A stretch of DNA of 63,528 nt, the filler included, from Octopus bimaculoides (taxonomy: Eukaryota): assembly GCF_001194135.2 (NCBI RefSeq). It is 7 parts of 7 records of this genome, joined end to end, with 100 filler letters (N's around TTAATTAATTAA, not from the genome) between each part and the next. Parts side by side here need not be neighbours in the genome. Positions count along the whole stretch, not along the records: positions 17,416 to 49,212 come from NC_068982.1; 6 more parts are not named here. One strand, given 5' to 3'. Made by a program: the position numbers and the translations under genes. Of the stretch, positions 27,266-39,834 are shown piece after piece. Position 1 is the first letter of the stretch, and every line of letters starts with the position of its first letter. The notes beneath the pieces were generated by a model. The model was not told the DNA's origin and did no database searches. It worked only from the letters and a program-made list of their open reading frames with translations.

Positions 27266-28349
27266 ACCCTGAATATGCGCTGTTAAATTAGTGGTGTGTC
27301 TTATATGTCCGTGCGTCTTTTATGCTACCAAATACGGTAATTATTGGACACATTACAAGTTGAATTGGCTCAGCAAAAGTCAAGTTTTGAGCATGGATTC
27401 AGTACAGTGTCAATAATACTTAATATCTGCTGTAGTCGTTCTTGGCGTGGTTGTTGTCCAGATAAGCCTTGACCGAGAAGATTCATGATCAAAGACGTTT
27501 CAACCGTTACCATTCCACTGCTTTTTGTATATCTACGTGTGCAGTTTACATCAAAGACAGTAAGGTGTCATTTGACGGCATTTGATAGCTGTTTTCAACG
27601 TGCCGAGAAACCGTGCAGAAACTTCCTTAATTTCTACCATTCAGCTGGGTGGCAGATGCACTATTGAATGTGTCAGTAGTGGTTCATGGTCAGACGTTTC
27701 TCAGTACACTCTTCTAAACACTATTAGCTACAAAAAGACTTCACCTTTTGATATGGTGGTGGCTGTGTGTAAAGCAAACAAAAAAAAAAAAACTCCACGA
27801 AAACTCCCATAAACTTATATTTCTCCTACATATTATATCAACTAATTATAGGATGAGCCAACGAGTGAACTGTACTGTGGTCTCTTTACCCCCAAAGGAC
27901 AAAGGAGCCAATTCTCCCATAAATGCCATCATACCTTGAAAAAACTGAACATATTGGCTAACTGAAACATTGTTAAATCATCTTTGGTCGTCATAGATCT
28001 GCTCGACCGCGGCTGGTCTGGAGTTAAACAATAAACAACAACGACGACGACGATGAGGATGACGAGGATGACGACAATAACAACAACAGCAGCAGCAGTA
28101 GCAAACAACAACACCAGCAATTAAAATGTCAATGCTGGAATGTACAAGCTTCCAGGTAGAGGCACAGTCTATTTAGAATAATAATTCTGTTTCTGTAAGG
28201 ACGCCTGTTCGATGGACAAGGTACGTGCTTTATACAAATGCCCAAACGCTGACATCAAAGTAAAAATAATAAACAAATAGAAACAAAAAACTCTAAAGTG
28301 AAAGAAAGCAAACAAAAAATTCCGCAATTATTAGAAAAAAAGTCGCGTA

Positions 28350-29000
28350 GATGTTGATGTGTGGTTAAGAAACTTACTTCCCAACGATGTGGTCCTAGGT
28401 TCAGTCACATGGTGATCAAAACCTTGTGAGTGGATATGGTGTACGGAAACTAAAAAATAAGCCCGCAATGTGTGTTTGTATACATATTTGATCATGCGAA
28501 ACCGTTAACCCCAACACAGTTTTCTCTTTTCATTTTTTCTCTCTCTCTCCATTCCCCACCTTCCATCCCTTTCTTTCGAAGAGCGTAAGCTCGAAACGTC
28601 ATCGACGTTTTCCTTTCTTCCCGAGTGTCAATCTAATACACCAACTTGTTTCCTCACCTGTCTTTGTCTTTTGTTTTCTGTATATTTGGACCATATATAT
28701 GTGTGTGTATGCGTGTGTGTGTGTGTGTGTGTGTATACATATACACACATATATATATAAAGGTGGCACAACTGTTTAACTATTTTGGAAGTTTGATGAA
28801 AGGTATGTTTTATGAAGCTTATGAAATACCACACCTGTTTTCTTGACAACCGGTGTTGCTTAGTTTACATCCTTGTAAGTTAGCGGTTCGGCAAAAAAAA
28901 AAAACGGATTAAATATGTATCAGACTTAGAAATATTTTCGATTAAATCGTTAAGGCTGTGTCCTAGCATGGTCGCAGTTCGATGATAGAAACAAATAAAG
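28350..29000 (+). mobile_element. SINE family A, interrupted by a PLE-tail-like segment (about 28500-28640)
   Basis: Head at 28350-28470 and tail at 28830-29000. The intervening cgaagagcgtaagctcgaaacgtc resembles a PLE terminal motif. Confidence 0.7.
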
Positions 29001-29030
29001 GATAAAAAAAAAAAAAACGGAAAAACTCAC

Positions 29031-29283
29031 AGATATAAGGGACGTAAATCGTCCCTTGTCTTCTGGGGGACTACCTCGACCTGCTGGATATTCCCAATCA
29101 ATTTCAATGCCGTCAAATTTATAGAGTCTTGCTAATCTTATGGCTGAGTCAATTAACACCTTCCGTGTGCCTACAGTAAGTACAGCAGCAGAGAAAGGTT
29201 TCGATCCTAGGTTCCAACCTCCGATTGCTAAATATGTTTTTAGTTGAGGATTTGTTTGTTTGATGTCATTTACTTCTTCAAAC
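29031..29283 (-). CDS. GH18 chitinase, coding exon 3 (catalytic; ...LAIGGWNLGS...FDGIEIDWEYP...)
   Basis: Acceptor ttttgcatcag, donor TCT|gtgagt, 253 nt, phase 2-0. Contains the AIGGW and DxxExDxE motifs. Confidence 0.97.
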
Positions 29284-30064
29284 CTGATGCAAAAAAGAAA
29301 AAAGAGAGAGAAAAATGGCAAAAGTGTTCATCAATGAATGTTGTTAAAATACATATATATTCTTGGATAGAGGTTAGGGAACAGGTATGGATATGCAACT
29401 ATATTACTTAACACGCAAGCACATGTATGTATGTATGTATGTATGTATGTATGTATGTATGTATGTATGTATGTATGTATGTACGTATGTATGTATGTAT
29501 CTATCTATCTAGCTAGCTGTCTTTCTCTATACATATGTATGATTATGTATGTACATATGCTCTCCCCCTTTCTCTCCCTCTCTCACAGACGGACACACAC
29601 ATACACGGGCACACATGCATACAGGCACACACATGCGCGCATATATCTTTAACGTGCAAACATGTACAACCACTCGAATGCTCCTACCAGACAAACCAAG
29701 ACCTATTTGATCAGTTACAGCATTTCTTCCAGTTCAATAGACTGAATAAGAAGAAAATGCTCGGTCTTGTCTCCTGTACTTTCCGAAATGATTAAAAGAA
29801 TACTAGCCATTCAGCTAATATTACCTTTTTCTCTTTTCCTTACCGCTTTTGTATTTCTAATCGCTTATCGTCGTTTGTTGCATTAAATATATTGCCACTA
29901 ACTTAACTATTGTTTTTCATGCGGATGGCGTCTGTGAGTAATTTTTGTTTTGTACTTCTTCAAGACACTGGAGTCTTCCGGGAAATTCTGATAGAAAAGT
30001 ACGAATTTAGGTTGGGAAAATTTGAAGCGAGAATTGAAACGGTTTTGCGTTTCAGTTTTTCTGG

Positions 30065-30475
30065 ACTTAATCTTTTACCGTCTTTTACTTGCTTCATTCA
30101 CTGGACTGCGGCCATGCTGGAGCACTGGCTTGAAGGAAGTTGATCGACCGAATAACTATTTTTCCTTCTTTTACGCATGGTACTTATTCTATCGGTGTTT
30201 GTTGCCGATGCGCTAGGTTATGGGGACGTAAACAAATCAATACCGGTTGTAAAGCTGTGGTAGGTGACAAACTCAAAGACACACACACACACACACACAC
30301 ACACGCACGCACGCACACTCACACACATACATGACGGGCTTCTTTTAGCTTCCGTTTACAATATCCACTGACAAAGCTTTAGTCGGCCCGGGGTTATAGT
30401 AGAGGACACTTTTTCAAAGTGTGGGACTGAACCCAAAACTATGTGGCTGGAAAGCAAACTTCTTACCACACATCT
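30065..30475 (-). mobile_element. tRNA-derived SINE (family A), full length
   Basis: Reverse-complement head, (TG)n centre and tail. Confidence 0.88.
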
Positions 30476-30499
30476 GTCTGACAATAAATAATAGTGGCT

Positions 30500-30935
30500 T
30501 GAAATTTTGGCACAAGGTCAACAAGTTCGGGGGAGAGGGCTGGTCGATTACATTGATCCCAGCGCTCAATTGGTAAGTATCCTGTTGATCCCGATAGCAT
30601 GAAAGACTAAGTCGACCTCGGCAGAATTTGAACTGAGAACGTAAAAACGGACGAAATGCCGTTAAGCATTTTATCCAGCGTGATAACAATTCTACCGGCT
30701 CACCGTCTTAAAAGCAAAGGACTTAATTTTAATTGGTTTTAAATTTTGGCACAAGGCCAGCAAGTTCAGTGGAGGAGATAATCGACCTCACTGTTTAACT
30801 GGTACTTATTTTATCGACCTCAAAAGGATGAAAGGCAAAGTCGACCTCAGAACATAAAAACGGATTCAGAACATAAAAACGGATAAAATGCCGCTAAGAA
30901 TTTTGCCCGGCTTGCTAACAATTCTGCCAGCTCAG
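30500..30935 (-). mobile_element. Two tandem SINE family B copies
   Basis: ttttggcacaagg...aaggatgaaaggcaaagtcgacctc...acaattct occurs twice. The second copy has an internal duplication of cagaacataaaaacggat. Confidence 0.85.
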
Positions 30936-31097
30936 CAAAAGATAATTGTAACAACAGATTAACTATTACTTCAGATCGACAGATAAACAACAGATTAGCT
31001 ATTGCTTTTTTTCTCTCGCGGGGAATGCGTTTCCGAGTTATGGTTTATTATTATTTGAATAATTTTGATGGATTGTTTGGTTAAACTGGTAACTTAC

Positions 31098-31290
31098 ATC
31101 CCTTTTTTCCATGGATGTGAAATATCATCTATTTCAAAGTTTGTGACCAAGCCATTTTTCAGTGTAGCGAACGCATAGGAAATATGGGTGCAAAGATGAG
31201 TGCCAATATTGGCTGGCTTAAATTTAGCCGGTTGATCTCGATACTGTGACCAGTTTGTGAAATAGCACCATCTCCGGTAATTAGTACTCT
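31098..31290 (-). CDS. GH18 chitinase, coding exon 2 (STNYRRWCYFTNWSQYR...LCTHISYAFA...WKKG)
   Basis: Acceptor ttttatttcag, donor AT|gtaagt, 193 nt, phase 1-2. CYFTNWxQYR and LCTH motifs with both conserved Cys. Confidence 0.97.
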
Positions 31291-31549
31291 CTGAAATAAA
31301 AAATAAAAAAATAGCAATCTTTATATTAGAACGTCAATTGTAATTAGGAATGGTTAGTTAATTTTTTTTATTGATGATTTTTTCCTTTTTACTTTTACTT
31401 ATTTTAGGCATTAAACTGCGGCTATCCTTGAAAAACGCGTTAAAGAATCGAAAAAATCGACCCTAGTGCTTAATTTTTGAGTCTGGCACTTATTCTGTCT
31501 GTTGCTTTTGCCGAACAAACTAGCACCAGTTATTAAGAAAGAAAGAGAA

Positions 31550-31639
<90 letters not shown>

Positions 31640-31643
<4 letters not shown>

Positions 31644-32520
31644 GTGGGATAAACCCAGATATAAACGTAAATGACACTAACCACCCACCTAACATCAAGA
31701 ACTGGCCAAAAAACACTCGTAAAAATATCTGAAATTTCATCTAATAAGGACAATTTTGACTGTGCTGCTAAATTTTGCAACGAGTATATGAAATAAAGTG
31801 GCTTTACGATACGATAAAATACGTCCTTCAACAAGGAACATTTAACTATATGATATAATCCCAATTTCAGTTTTAAAGTTAAAAACATTATTACCAGATC
31901 CTTCCTAAACTTAATGAACAAACATTTCCATAACGACCATAAATTTTACAAGATTTTAATAGATACAATCTCAAAGTTAGTTATAGCTAAACTGACGTTT
32001 TCGCTTCTTTTCTAGTCAGAATCAATAGGAAATAGATAGGCCCTTCCACAAACAAACGTTTCTTCTCAATGTAATTGCCTCCATAAAAGTAAATTCCTTT
32101 TAAACGGTAAATACCTTCAGCGAAGTATTGTTTGCTGTGCTAAAGTCGCAACCAACAATAACAGCAACGATACAAAGTGCTTCATAACCCTCACTGACAA
32201 ATTTAAATCTAAACACACCAAGCTTACGTACACTTTTAGATAGGAGGAAAAAAATCTGCAACAACTCTTTCAAAATACTTTTGGAGCTTAAATAACAAAG
32301 TGATCAACTTCAGCAGCAAATCGTCTGTTATAGAATCTGCTCCATCGCATATTAATGGTAACAAGTGTCTCTTCTGCTTAGCAGAAAAATTTAACATCTT
32401 CACTCGACCTCTCAGACCATTAAATTTCAAATCGGAGTTGATTTCGTCAATCCCTCATCACTGGGAGTTCTTTCTACGATTCTTCAAACTGATGGTATTC
32501 TGAATACCCGTAATCGTCTC
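31640..32520 (+). mobile_element. Penelope-like element, decayed RT end plus GIY-YIG endonuclease
   Basis: With frameshifts it reads NHPPNIK...ISEISSNK..., ...NITRSFLNLMNKHF...KVSYS, CNC...LNGK...IV..., TLSKYFWSL... and NGNKCLFCLAEKFNI...LNFKSELIS, all diagnostic PLE motifs. Confidence 0.85.
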
Positions 32521-32949
32521 TGGAAATGTTCAACCCGTTGCCTCATCATAATCGACTTTCTAACCTCTTTGTAAGCAGACCACTAAACTGTTTCTGTCCC
32601 AGTCCTCTCAATCTTTACAGGCTCCTACCTTTACACGCTTGGCGAACACTAATCTAAATTCACATTTCTTCTAACACAACCGTTTTTACATTATAGTTTC
32701 TTTAACATTACTTTCTTTTTTTTTTGCTCCACAGTTTGGAAACCACTTCTGAACGTTGATTCAGTTTTGTACAACATTTCTACTGGTTTTTATTTTACGA
32801 TTTATATACAACATTGTAACACACTTATACCAGAACCAGTTATCTATCCCATCTGAGAGATACTTTATCATAATTAATTTCTTATGTGTAGTTCAACCCT
32901 CTTTTTGACTTGTTAATTTTCATTTATTTCATTTCTGCATTCCATTATT

Positions 32950-33945
32950 TATATTAAGCAACGTTTTGAAACATGAAATATTTCAGCAATGCGGAAATTT
33001 TATTCATCAAAATAAGTACCATTACAATCAATACATTTTTGTCAACAAGTTACAAGTTTGTTTATTCCAGTAACATAAAAATCTGGAGTTCTGGAACTGA
33101 TGAACTCTTTGAACGCACTTTCAGCATCAGTTTGATTTTTGAATTCCTCTCACAGGAAACCAGCAAGGTGTTTAAAAAAGTGGTAGTCGGTAGGAGAAGG
33201 GTTTGGGGAATAAGCTTGGGTGGGGAAGAACTTCGTAGTCAAGTTCCCTTAATTTCTGGAGCATCATTGGTGAAACGTGTGGTCGAGTATTGTCATGAAG
33301 AATGATCGGCCCTCTTCTGTTGACCAGTCTGGGATGGGGAAGTAGCAGTTTTTCGTTCATTCTGGCAATTTCATGGCAATATGTTTCTGCAGTAATGATT
33401 TTTCTTTGTTTCAAGAAGTTATAGTAGTGAGTCCAGCAGTACACCACCAAATAGTCACCATAACCTTCTTTTTGATGAGCTCCGGTTTAGGGAAGGTTTT
33501 CGGGGCTTCATTTTGGTCAAATCACTGCGAAGAACGTTTTCTTTTTTTTATTATTTTACAGAGTCCACTTTTCATCGCAAGTTACAATATAGTAGAGAAA
33601 TGTATCGGTCTGGTTACGGAGAAGTGATGAGCAAATTTCATATCTGCGCATTTTCTGATTTTCATTCAAATCGTGTGTTACCCATTTGTCGAGCTTTTTT
33701 GATTTTTCGATCGCATGCAAATGGTTGCAGACAGTTTTCTGGCTAACTTGAAGTTCTTTTGCCAGTTCTCGAGTGGTTTTACGTGGATCTTTCTCAATGA
33801 CGGTCTTTAATTGGCCGTCATCGATGATCGATGGGCTTTCACTATGCACACGATCTTCAAGGTTCAGGTCTCCCCTGCGAAATTGTTTAAACCATTTTTG
33901 AAATGACCACTCACTGGTCATTTCCTCACCAAACGTTTCGTTGCG
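32950..33945 (-). mobile_element. mariner (D,D34D-type) transposase pseudogene, 5' truncated
   Basis: KWFKQFRRGDLNLED, KLDKWVTHDL, IVTCDEKW, ILHDNTRPH and LPHP motifs. Stop at about 32999; frameshifted. Confidence 0.92.
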
Positions 33946-33949
33946 GTTT

Positions 33950-36425
33950 TTTATTTCTCACAAGGGGACACACAGAGGGGACAATACAGTATGATTTGGG
34001 AATATACACAAACGTATGTTTATACAAATTTAAAATGACAATAATAATATAAACAAATGAGACAATTACACACAATAATTTAACAAAATGAGGTTTTAAA
34101 AACAGGTAAGCTCCGACCCCATGAGCCCTCTCTTCTCCACCGACACCTTGGTAATCCCTATGGCGTGCTCACGCAGGGCCTTCCACTCCCAACATACATG
34201 CTACACGCGTCCATATTTTTTGGGACATACTCACTGACAGACACCTCCTTTCCAGCCCCACCTTCCTTTTCAGGTGAAAGGTGAAGACATTCACCAGTGC
34301 GAGGCCAGGGACGAAGCTGTCTGTCACAATACCTTTCATTCTCGACTTCCATATAACCTCTACTACGAGAAAACAATTCTTACATTCTTCCGTAAGGAAA
34401 TCCGGTGGGTTAATTTTTAGAATTGTCTCAGACGATAGCAGTACTCTTCTTCCATTTGACAACAGGTGTTTTGCATAAGTCCACACTTCTGACACATCCG
34501 GACACTGAACAACAGAGTGCAGGACGGTTTCCATGTAACACCCGCATCTTGAACAAGCCGACGGCCCAAGATGGCTGTGTCTGGTGAGCTTATCCCGAAC
34601 GGGTAGGGCTCCTTGCTAACACTGCCAGACCAAAAACTTTTGGAAGTTATCCAGTGTCTTCGGCCCTAATGTTCTTCGGAACAGGCTATCTAACTGATTA
34701 TCATCGAAACCCAGGGTTCTCCCCAGGGCATCATCATTTCCAGCCTCTACCATCTTACTATAGTAAGCCGCGATGGTACCGAAACCGCTGGTGTTGCTCG
34801 AGCTGCGGAACTGGAAAAGAGCCTTGCGGCACTCCGTATACCAGGTACCCAACCTCGATCTTCGACGAAACCAGATTTCTCTATCACCAAAACTAGTAAA
34901 GCTGGGGAATATCCGTCTAGCGAGCGGAGACCACACCCGTTCACCATTCAGGTAGAGCCAGAAGTGCCTCAACCTCAGCGCATGTTTGCGCATCAACAGC
35001 CAAGCCATTCCTAACCCACCCTTTAACGGCTTTTGACAGCAAATAGAACGTCTTACAAGAGGAGCGGAGTTCTTCCACAAAAATCGGAAGATTAGCCTCT
35101 GTAACTTGCTCAACCACGAATCAGGACAAGGAACTACGGTCAGGACAAGGAACTACGGTAAACGATGATCGATGCGATAAACACATTGACCACCTCCGCC
35201 CTCCCTTTCAAGGATAGCCACCGCCAAGACCAGGTCTTGACTATGTGGGTCACCTTGCCCGATACCTCGGACCAGTTCTTTTCTATCTGGAGATCTGGGC
35301 CAAACCAGATTACTAGCAACTTAACCGGGCCCTCCGTCCAGCGTTCGACAACGTTATTCGAAGGCATTGACTTGCCCCTCCAGGTGCTAAGTTACAAGCC
35401 GACCGATTTTTACCGGTTAATTTTTGCTCCTGTCACCATCTCGTAAACCTTGATAATTTCGCCTACTTTCTGTAGGTGTTCCATCTTGGTCACGATGATA
35501 GTGAAATCGTCCGCGTATGCTGTAACCGATCCTCCACCTCCTGGATTCGTTGGAATGCCACTCAGCTTTCGCAGCAATGGCTCGAGGGCTATTACGTACA
35601 AAAGCGGAGAGAGTGGACACCCTTGGCGAGCCGACCGCTTGATGCAGAACGGCTTTGAGAAAAAGCCATTCGCCCGAACGATCGAGTAGATGCTGTCGTA
35701 CAACTGTATGGTCCATCTGAGGAAACCAAGACCTAGTCCAAATTGCGCGAGCACAGAAACCAGGTAACGACGGTCTACCCTGTCGAATGCTTTAGCTTGG
35801 TCTAAATGGACCAGTGCCCTGCCCTTGCCAGAATCATTATCATACCCTTCTACAGTGTAGCGTATAAGATGAAGATCATCCTGGATGATTTTGCCGAGAA
35901 CCGCACAAGTTTGTGCCCCCTCCCCCCCGATCAGGCTATCCGTGACACGCGTCAATCTTTTTGCTTGCACCTTGGCCAAAATCTTCCTCTCTGCGTTCAG
36001 CAAACTGATGGGCCTAAAATTATCTATACCATCCCCTTGTCCGGGTCCTTCCTGACCAGCGTCACCACTCTCCGGCACACAGATCTGGGAATTCACCCAT
36101 TCTGTTGCCAGTTCGCGTAAATGCTAGCTAGTACGTGCTCGAACAAGTCTGGCATACTTTTATATAGCTCGTACGGTAGACCATCGAGTCCCGGCGCCTT
36201 ACCATCGCCGTTGTCCGCTATAACCTCAATCACCTCCTTAGGTATGATACCCTTCACAGCTCTCCGCATCCTGTCCCGAGAGACGCGGCAGCTCGGCGAG
36301 AAAGTCCGTAAGGTCTGTACAACTATCGGGTCCATCACTCCCACCGGAAAGCAAGGCAAAGTGCTTCTGAAAAGTCCGACACATCTCCTCGGGTTCGTAT
36401 ATCAACTCACCTTGTGAATTCACCA
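33950..36425 (-). mobile_element. L1/Tx1-clade LINE, 5' truncated, with a frameshifted ORF2 (RT plus C-terminal Cys knuckle)
   Basis: KAPGLDGLPYE, NFRPISLLN, LDQAKAFDRV, RQGCPLSPLLY, AYADD and ETVLHSVVQCP motifs. The 3' end has AATAAA plus a short A run abutting the mariner. Confidence 0.93.
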
Positions 36426-36496
36426 AAGTTATGGTAAAAACAATTTTACATTAATCTGATGGGTTACTCTATACTTTAGAAGACTACAAATTTATT

Positions 36497-36624
36497 ATTC
36501 TTATACAAGAATGTTATTGACTATGACTTCAAAGTTTCGGCCTTCGAATCCATCATCGGACAGTCTGATGATGGGTTAGCTAGCCGAAACATCGAAGTCG
36601 GTGTCAAGAACATTCTAGTATAAG

Positions 36625-36627
<3 letters not shown>
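36497..36627. repeat. Imperfect 131-bp hairpin made of two head-to-head hammerhead-like PLE tails
   Basis: Pairs attcttatac/gtataagaat, agaatgtt/aacattct, gacttc/gaagtc, gtttcggc/gccgaaac and ccatcatc/gatgatgg. Each arm reads (C/T)GATGA...CCGAAAC...GTC outward from the centre. Confidence 0.8.
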
Positions 36628-36678
<51 letters not shown>

Positions 36679-36989
36679 ATCAACCACCCTATCTACCTAC
36701 CTACATACATATACATACATGTATGCATGCATGCATACATACATACATACATACATGCATACATACATAGGATCTTTTCAATCTCTGTCACAGATTTTTT
36801 AATTAATTTAAAAAAAAAACTAAACAGTTTGAAATTTCGGATACTGGTTGAATGTCACGTAGAACACGGTTTACTCTTAACGTTTTTGACAAAATTTTGT
36901 ATTTTAGAAGTTATTTCGTGTTAAAGTCGTCGTATTTTGGTAATTTTAACCAAGCAATGACGTGTATTCAGCTGAAGAAAGTTACTGCT

Positions 36990-37140
36990 GTTTGCGAAAG
37001 TAATGGAAGAGCAACAACTTCCAGGTCATCGGCCCAAGTCTATTGTAGAAAACGCACGTTCAAAATGTCACGCAGCAGAATTGAACTCAAGACCATATTG
37101 CTGGGAAGCAAGCTTCTTACTACGCTGCCACAGCTGCACC
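36990..37140 (-). mobile_element. SINE family A, head fragment
   Basis: Reverse complement of ggtgcagctgtggcagcgtagtaagaagcttgcttccc...gagttcaattc. Confidence 0.75.
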
Positions 37141-37600
37141 TATATGTATGTGAGTCTTCCACTCTGTCGCTAATTGACCCTCCTACCATTCATTGCCCTT
37201 CTGTCCAGTACATCGACCTCCTGCCAATTCATCGCTCTTCTACCTAGCTATCGACATACGGCCCGTCATGTCCATCGTATTTGTTTCAATCTACATCTCT
37301 TCTGTCAAATAACCATCCTTCTATTGACAATTCAATTTTAGTTGCGGGACTGGCAACAAAAAAATAAATATAATCGTATATTCGGATCAGCCGCTCTAAT
37401 AATATAACTATATTTCATGTGCACACAATTATTGGAATTATAATTATAGAGACACGGAAATAGATTGATGTGACTTTGATAGTTTTATTAATAGAACTAA
37501 AAAACAAGACAAAGGAAACTGGTTCAACTGGAAGTCAGTATCAAACTATAACACACTATTATAGTTATATGTAGAAATGGAAATTAACCAAAGTATTTAC

Positions 37601-37649
37601 CTGTCAAGTATAAACTGCACAATACAATCACAAGTGTTCGGAGTGACAT
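37601..37649 (-). CDS. GH18 chitinase, coding exon 1 (signal peptide MSLRTLVIVLCSLYLT)
   Basis: ATG directly follows the acceptor ctactttcag. Hydrophobic leader, donor G|gtaaat, 49 nt phase 1, joining in frame to 31290 (G+AG=Glu). The acceptor implies an upstream exon. Confidence 0.85.
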
Positions 37650-38648
37650 CTGAAAGTAGAGATTTTACAAGAANNNNNNNNNNNNNNNNNNNNNNNNNNN
37701 NNNNNNNNNNNNNNNNNNNNNNNNNNNNNNNNNNNNNNNNNNNNNNNNNNNNNNNNNNNNNNNNNNNNNNNNNNNNNNNNNNNNNNNNNNNNNNNNNNNN
37801 NNNNNNNNNNNNNNNNNNNNNNNNNNNNNNNNNNNNNNNNNNNNNNNNNNNNNNNNNNNNNNNNNNNNNNNNNNNNNNNNNNNNNNNNNNNNNNNNNNNN
37901 NNNNNNNNNNNNNNNNNNNNNNNNNNNNNNNNNNNNNNNNNNNNNNNNNNNNNNNNNNNNNNNNNNNNNNNNNNNNNNNNNNNNNNNNNNNNNNNNNNNN
38001 NNNNNNNNNNNNNNNNNNNNNNNNNNNNNNNNNNNNNNNNNNNNNNNNNNNNNNNNNNNNNNNNNNNNNNNNNNNNNNNNNNNNNNNNNNNNNNNNNNNN
38101 NNNNNNNNNNNNNNNNNNNNNNNNNNNNNNNNNNNNNNNNNNNNNNNNNNNNNNNNNNNNNNNNNNNNNNNNNNNNNNNNNNNNNNNNNNNNNNNNNNNN
38201 NNNNNNNNNNNNNNNNNNNNNNNNNNNNNNNNNNNNNNNNNNNNNNNNNNNNNNNNNNNNNNNNNNNNNNNNNNNNNNNNNNNNNNNNNNNNNNNNNNNN
38301 NNNNNNNNNNNNNNNNNNNNNNNNNNNNNNNNNNNNNNNNNNNNNNNNNNNNNNNNNNNNNNNNNNNNNNNNNNNNNNNNNNNNNNNNNNNNNNNNNNNN
38401 NNNNNNNNNNNNNNNNNNNNNNNNNNNNNNNNNNNNNNNNNNNNNNNNNNNNNNNNNNNNNNNNNNNNNNNNNNNNNNNNNNNNNNNNNNNNNNNNNNNN
38501 NNNNNNNNNNNNNNNNNNNNNNNNNNNNNNNNNNNNNNNNNNNNNNNNNNNNNNNNNNNNNNNNNNNNNNNNNNNNNNNNNNNNNNNNNNNNNNNNNNNN
38601 NNNNNNNNNNNNNNNNNNNNNNNNNNNNNNNNNNNNNNNNNNNNNNNN

Positions 38649-38694
<46 letters not shown>

Positions 38695-38701
<7 letters not shown>

Positions 38702-39800
38702 AGTAGGTCATCCTATAAATAATGCAGTTTTTTCAATTGCATGAACTAAAAATCAGAGGGGGCAGGGGACAAACTACCTGCAGCAACTTTCTATAAAAGT
38801 AGGTAGTAAATTTACCTTGCACTTATTCTCAGGGAAAGTTTTGAAGTGTGCAGTTCCATTTTAATGGTTATTTTTTCAAAGCTATAATGGAAATGACAAA
38901 GAAGCATATTCGGTATATTTTGCTTTATGAGTTCAATAAAGCCTACAACGCAATGGAAGGTGCGAGGAATACTAATGCAGTATATAAGGATCGGGCAATA
39001 AGCGTAAGCCAGTGTCAACGGTGGTTCCAGAAATTCCGAGCCGGAAACTACAGCCTAGCCTCGTCCTGGGAGATCTATTTGAGCTTGACGAGGACGTCCT
39101 GCAAACCCTGGTGGAAAAAAATCCTATCGCAAATGTTGAGGAACTTGAAGAGAAGCTTGGATTTGTTCATTCAACCATTCACCGACACCTGTGCGCCATC
39201 GGAAAAGTAAGCAAATTGGGTCAATGGGTTCCTCACAAACTTTCCGAGTCTAATTGCGCGCAGAAAGTGAATGTGAGCTCTTCTTTGCTGCCACGTCTCA
39301 CGAATGAACCTTTTTTGGACTGAATAGTGATTGGTGACGAGAAATGGGTTCTCTATAAACAGGTCAAGTGCCGAAGACAATGGGTAGGGAAAAGAGAAAC
39401 ACCGGCACCCCAGGCTAAAGAAGGTCTTCATCTACGTAAGGTGTTGTTATCTGTTTGGTGGGATATGAAAGGTTTAGTCCACTTTGAACTTTTAAACCCA
39501 AACCAAATGATAACAAAAGAGATCTACTGTGGCCTAAGTCAGCGCTAGAAGAAAAACGACCATCTTTGGTTTCAAAACGAAAAGTGTTCTTCTATCAAGA
39601 TAATGCTCGGCCACATACAGAGAGGATGACATTCCAAAGGCTGGAGCATTTTGAAAGGGAAACGATGCTCCACCCACCATATTCACCAGACAATGCTCCA
39701 TCTCATTATCCTTTATTCTACAGTTTTCAAAATCATTTGGACGGAAAAAAACAGGAATTCTATATACGAGGTCAGATCAGTACTCGAGGAGAATTTTTTG
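38695..39800 (+). mobile_element. mariner transposon, decayed, lacking its 3' end
   Basis: MTKKHIRYILLYEF, QRWFQKFRAGN, QWVPHKL, IGDEKW, YQDNARPH and HPPYSPDNAPSHY motifs; frameshifts present. Confidence 0.92.
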
Positions 39801-39834
39801 TCACGGACAAGTAAAGTTTGATCAGAAACGAACT

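Noticed and set aside
36470-36500. TLEDYKF as a possible upstream BLOC1S2 exon
   Set aside because: Similarity ends after four residues and the sequence runs into the foldback repeat.
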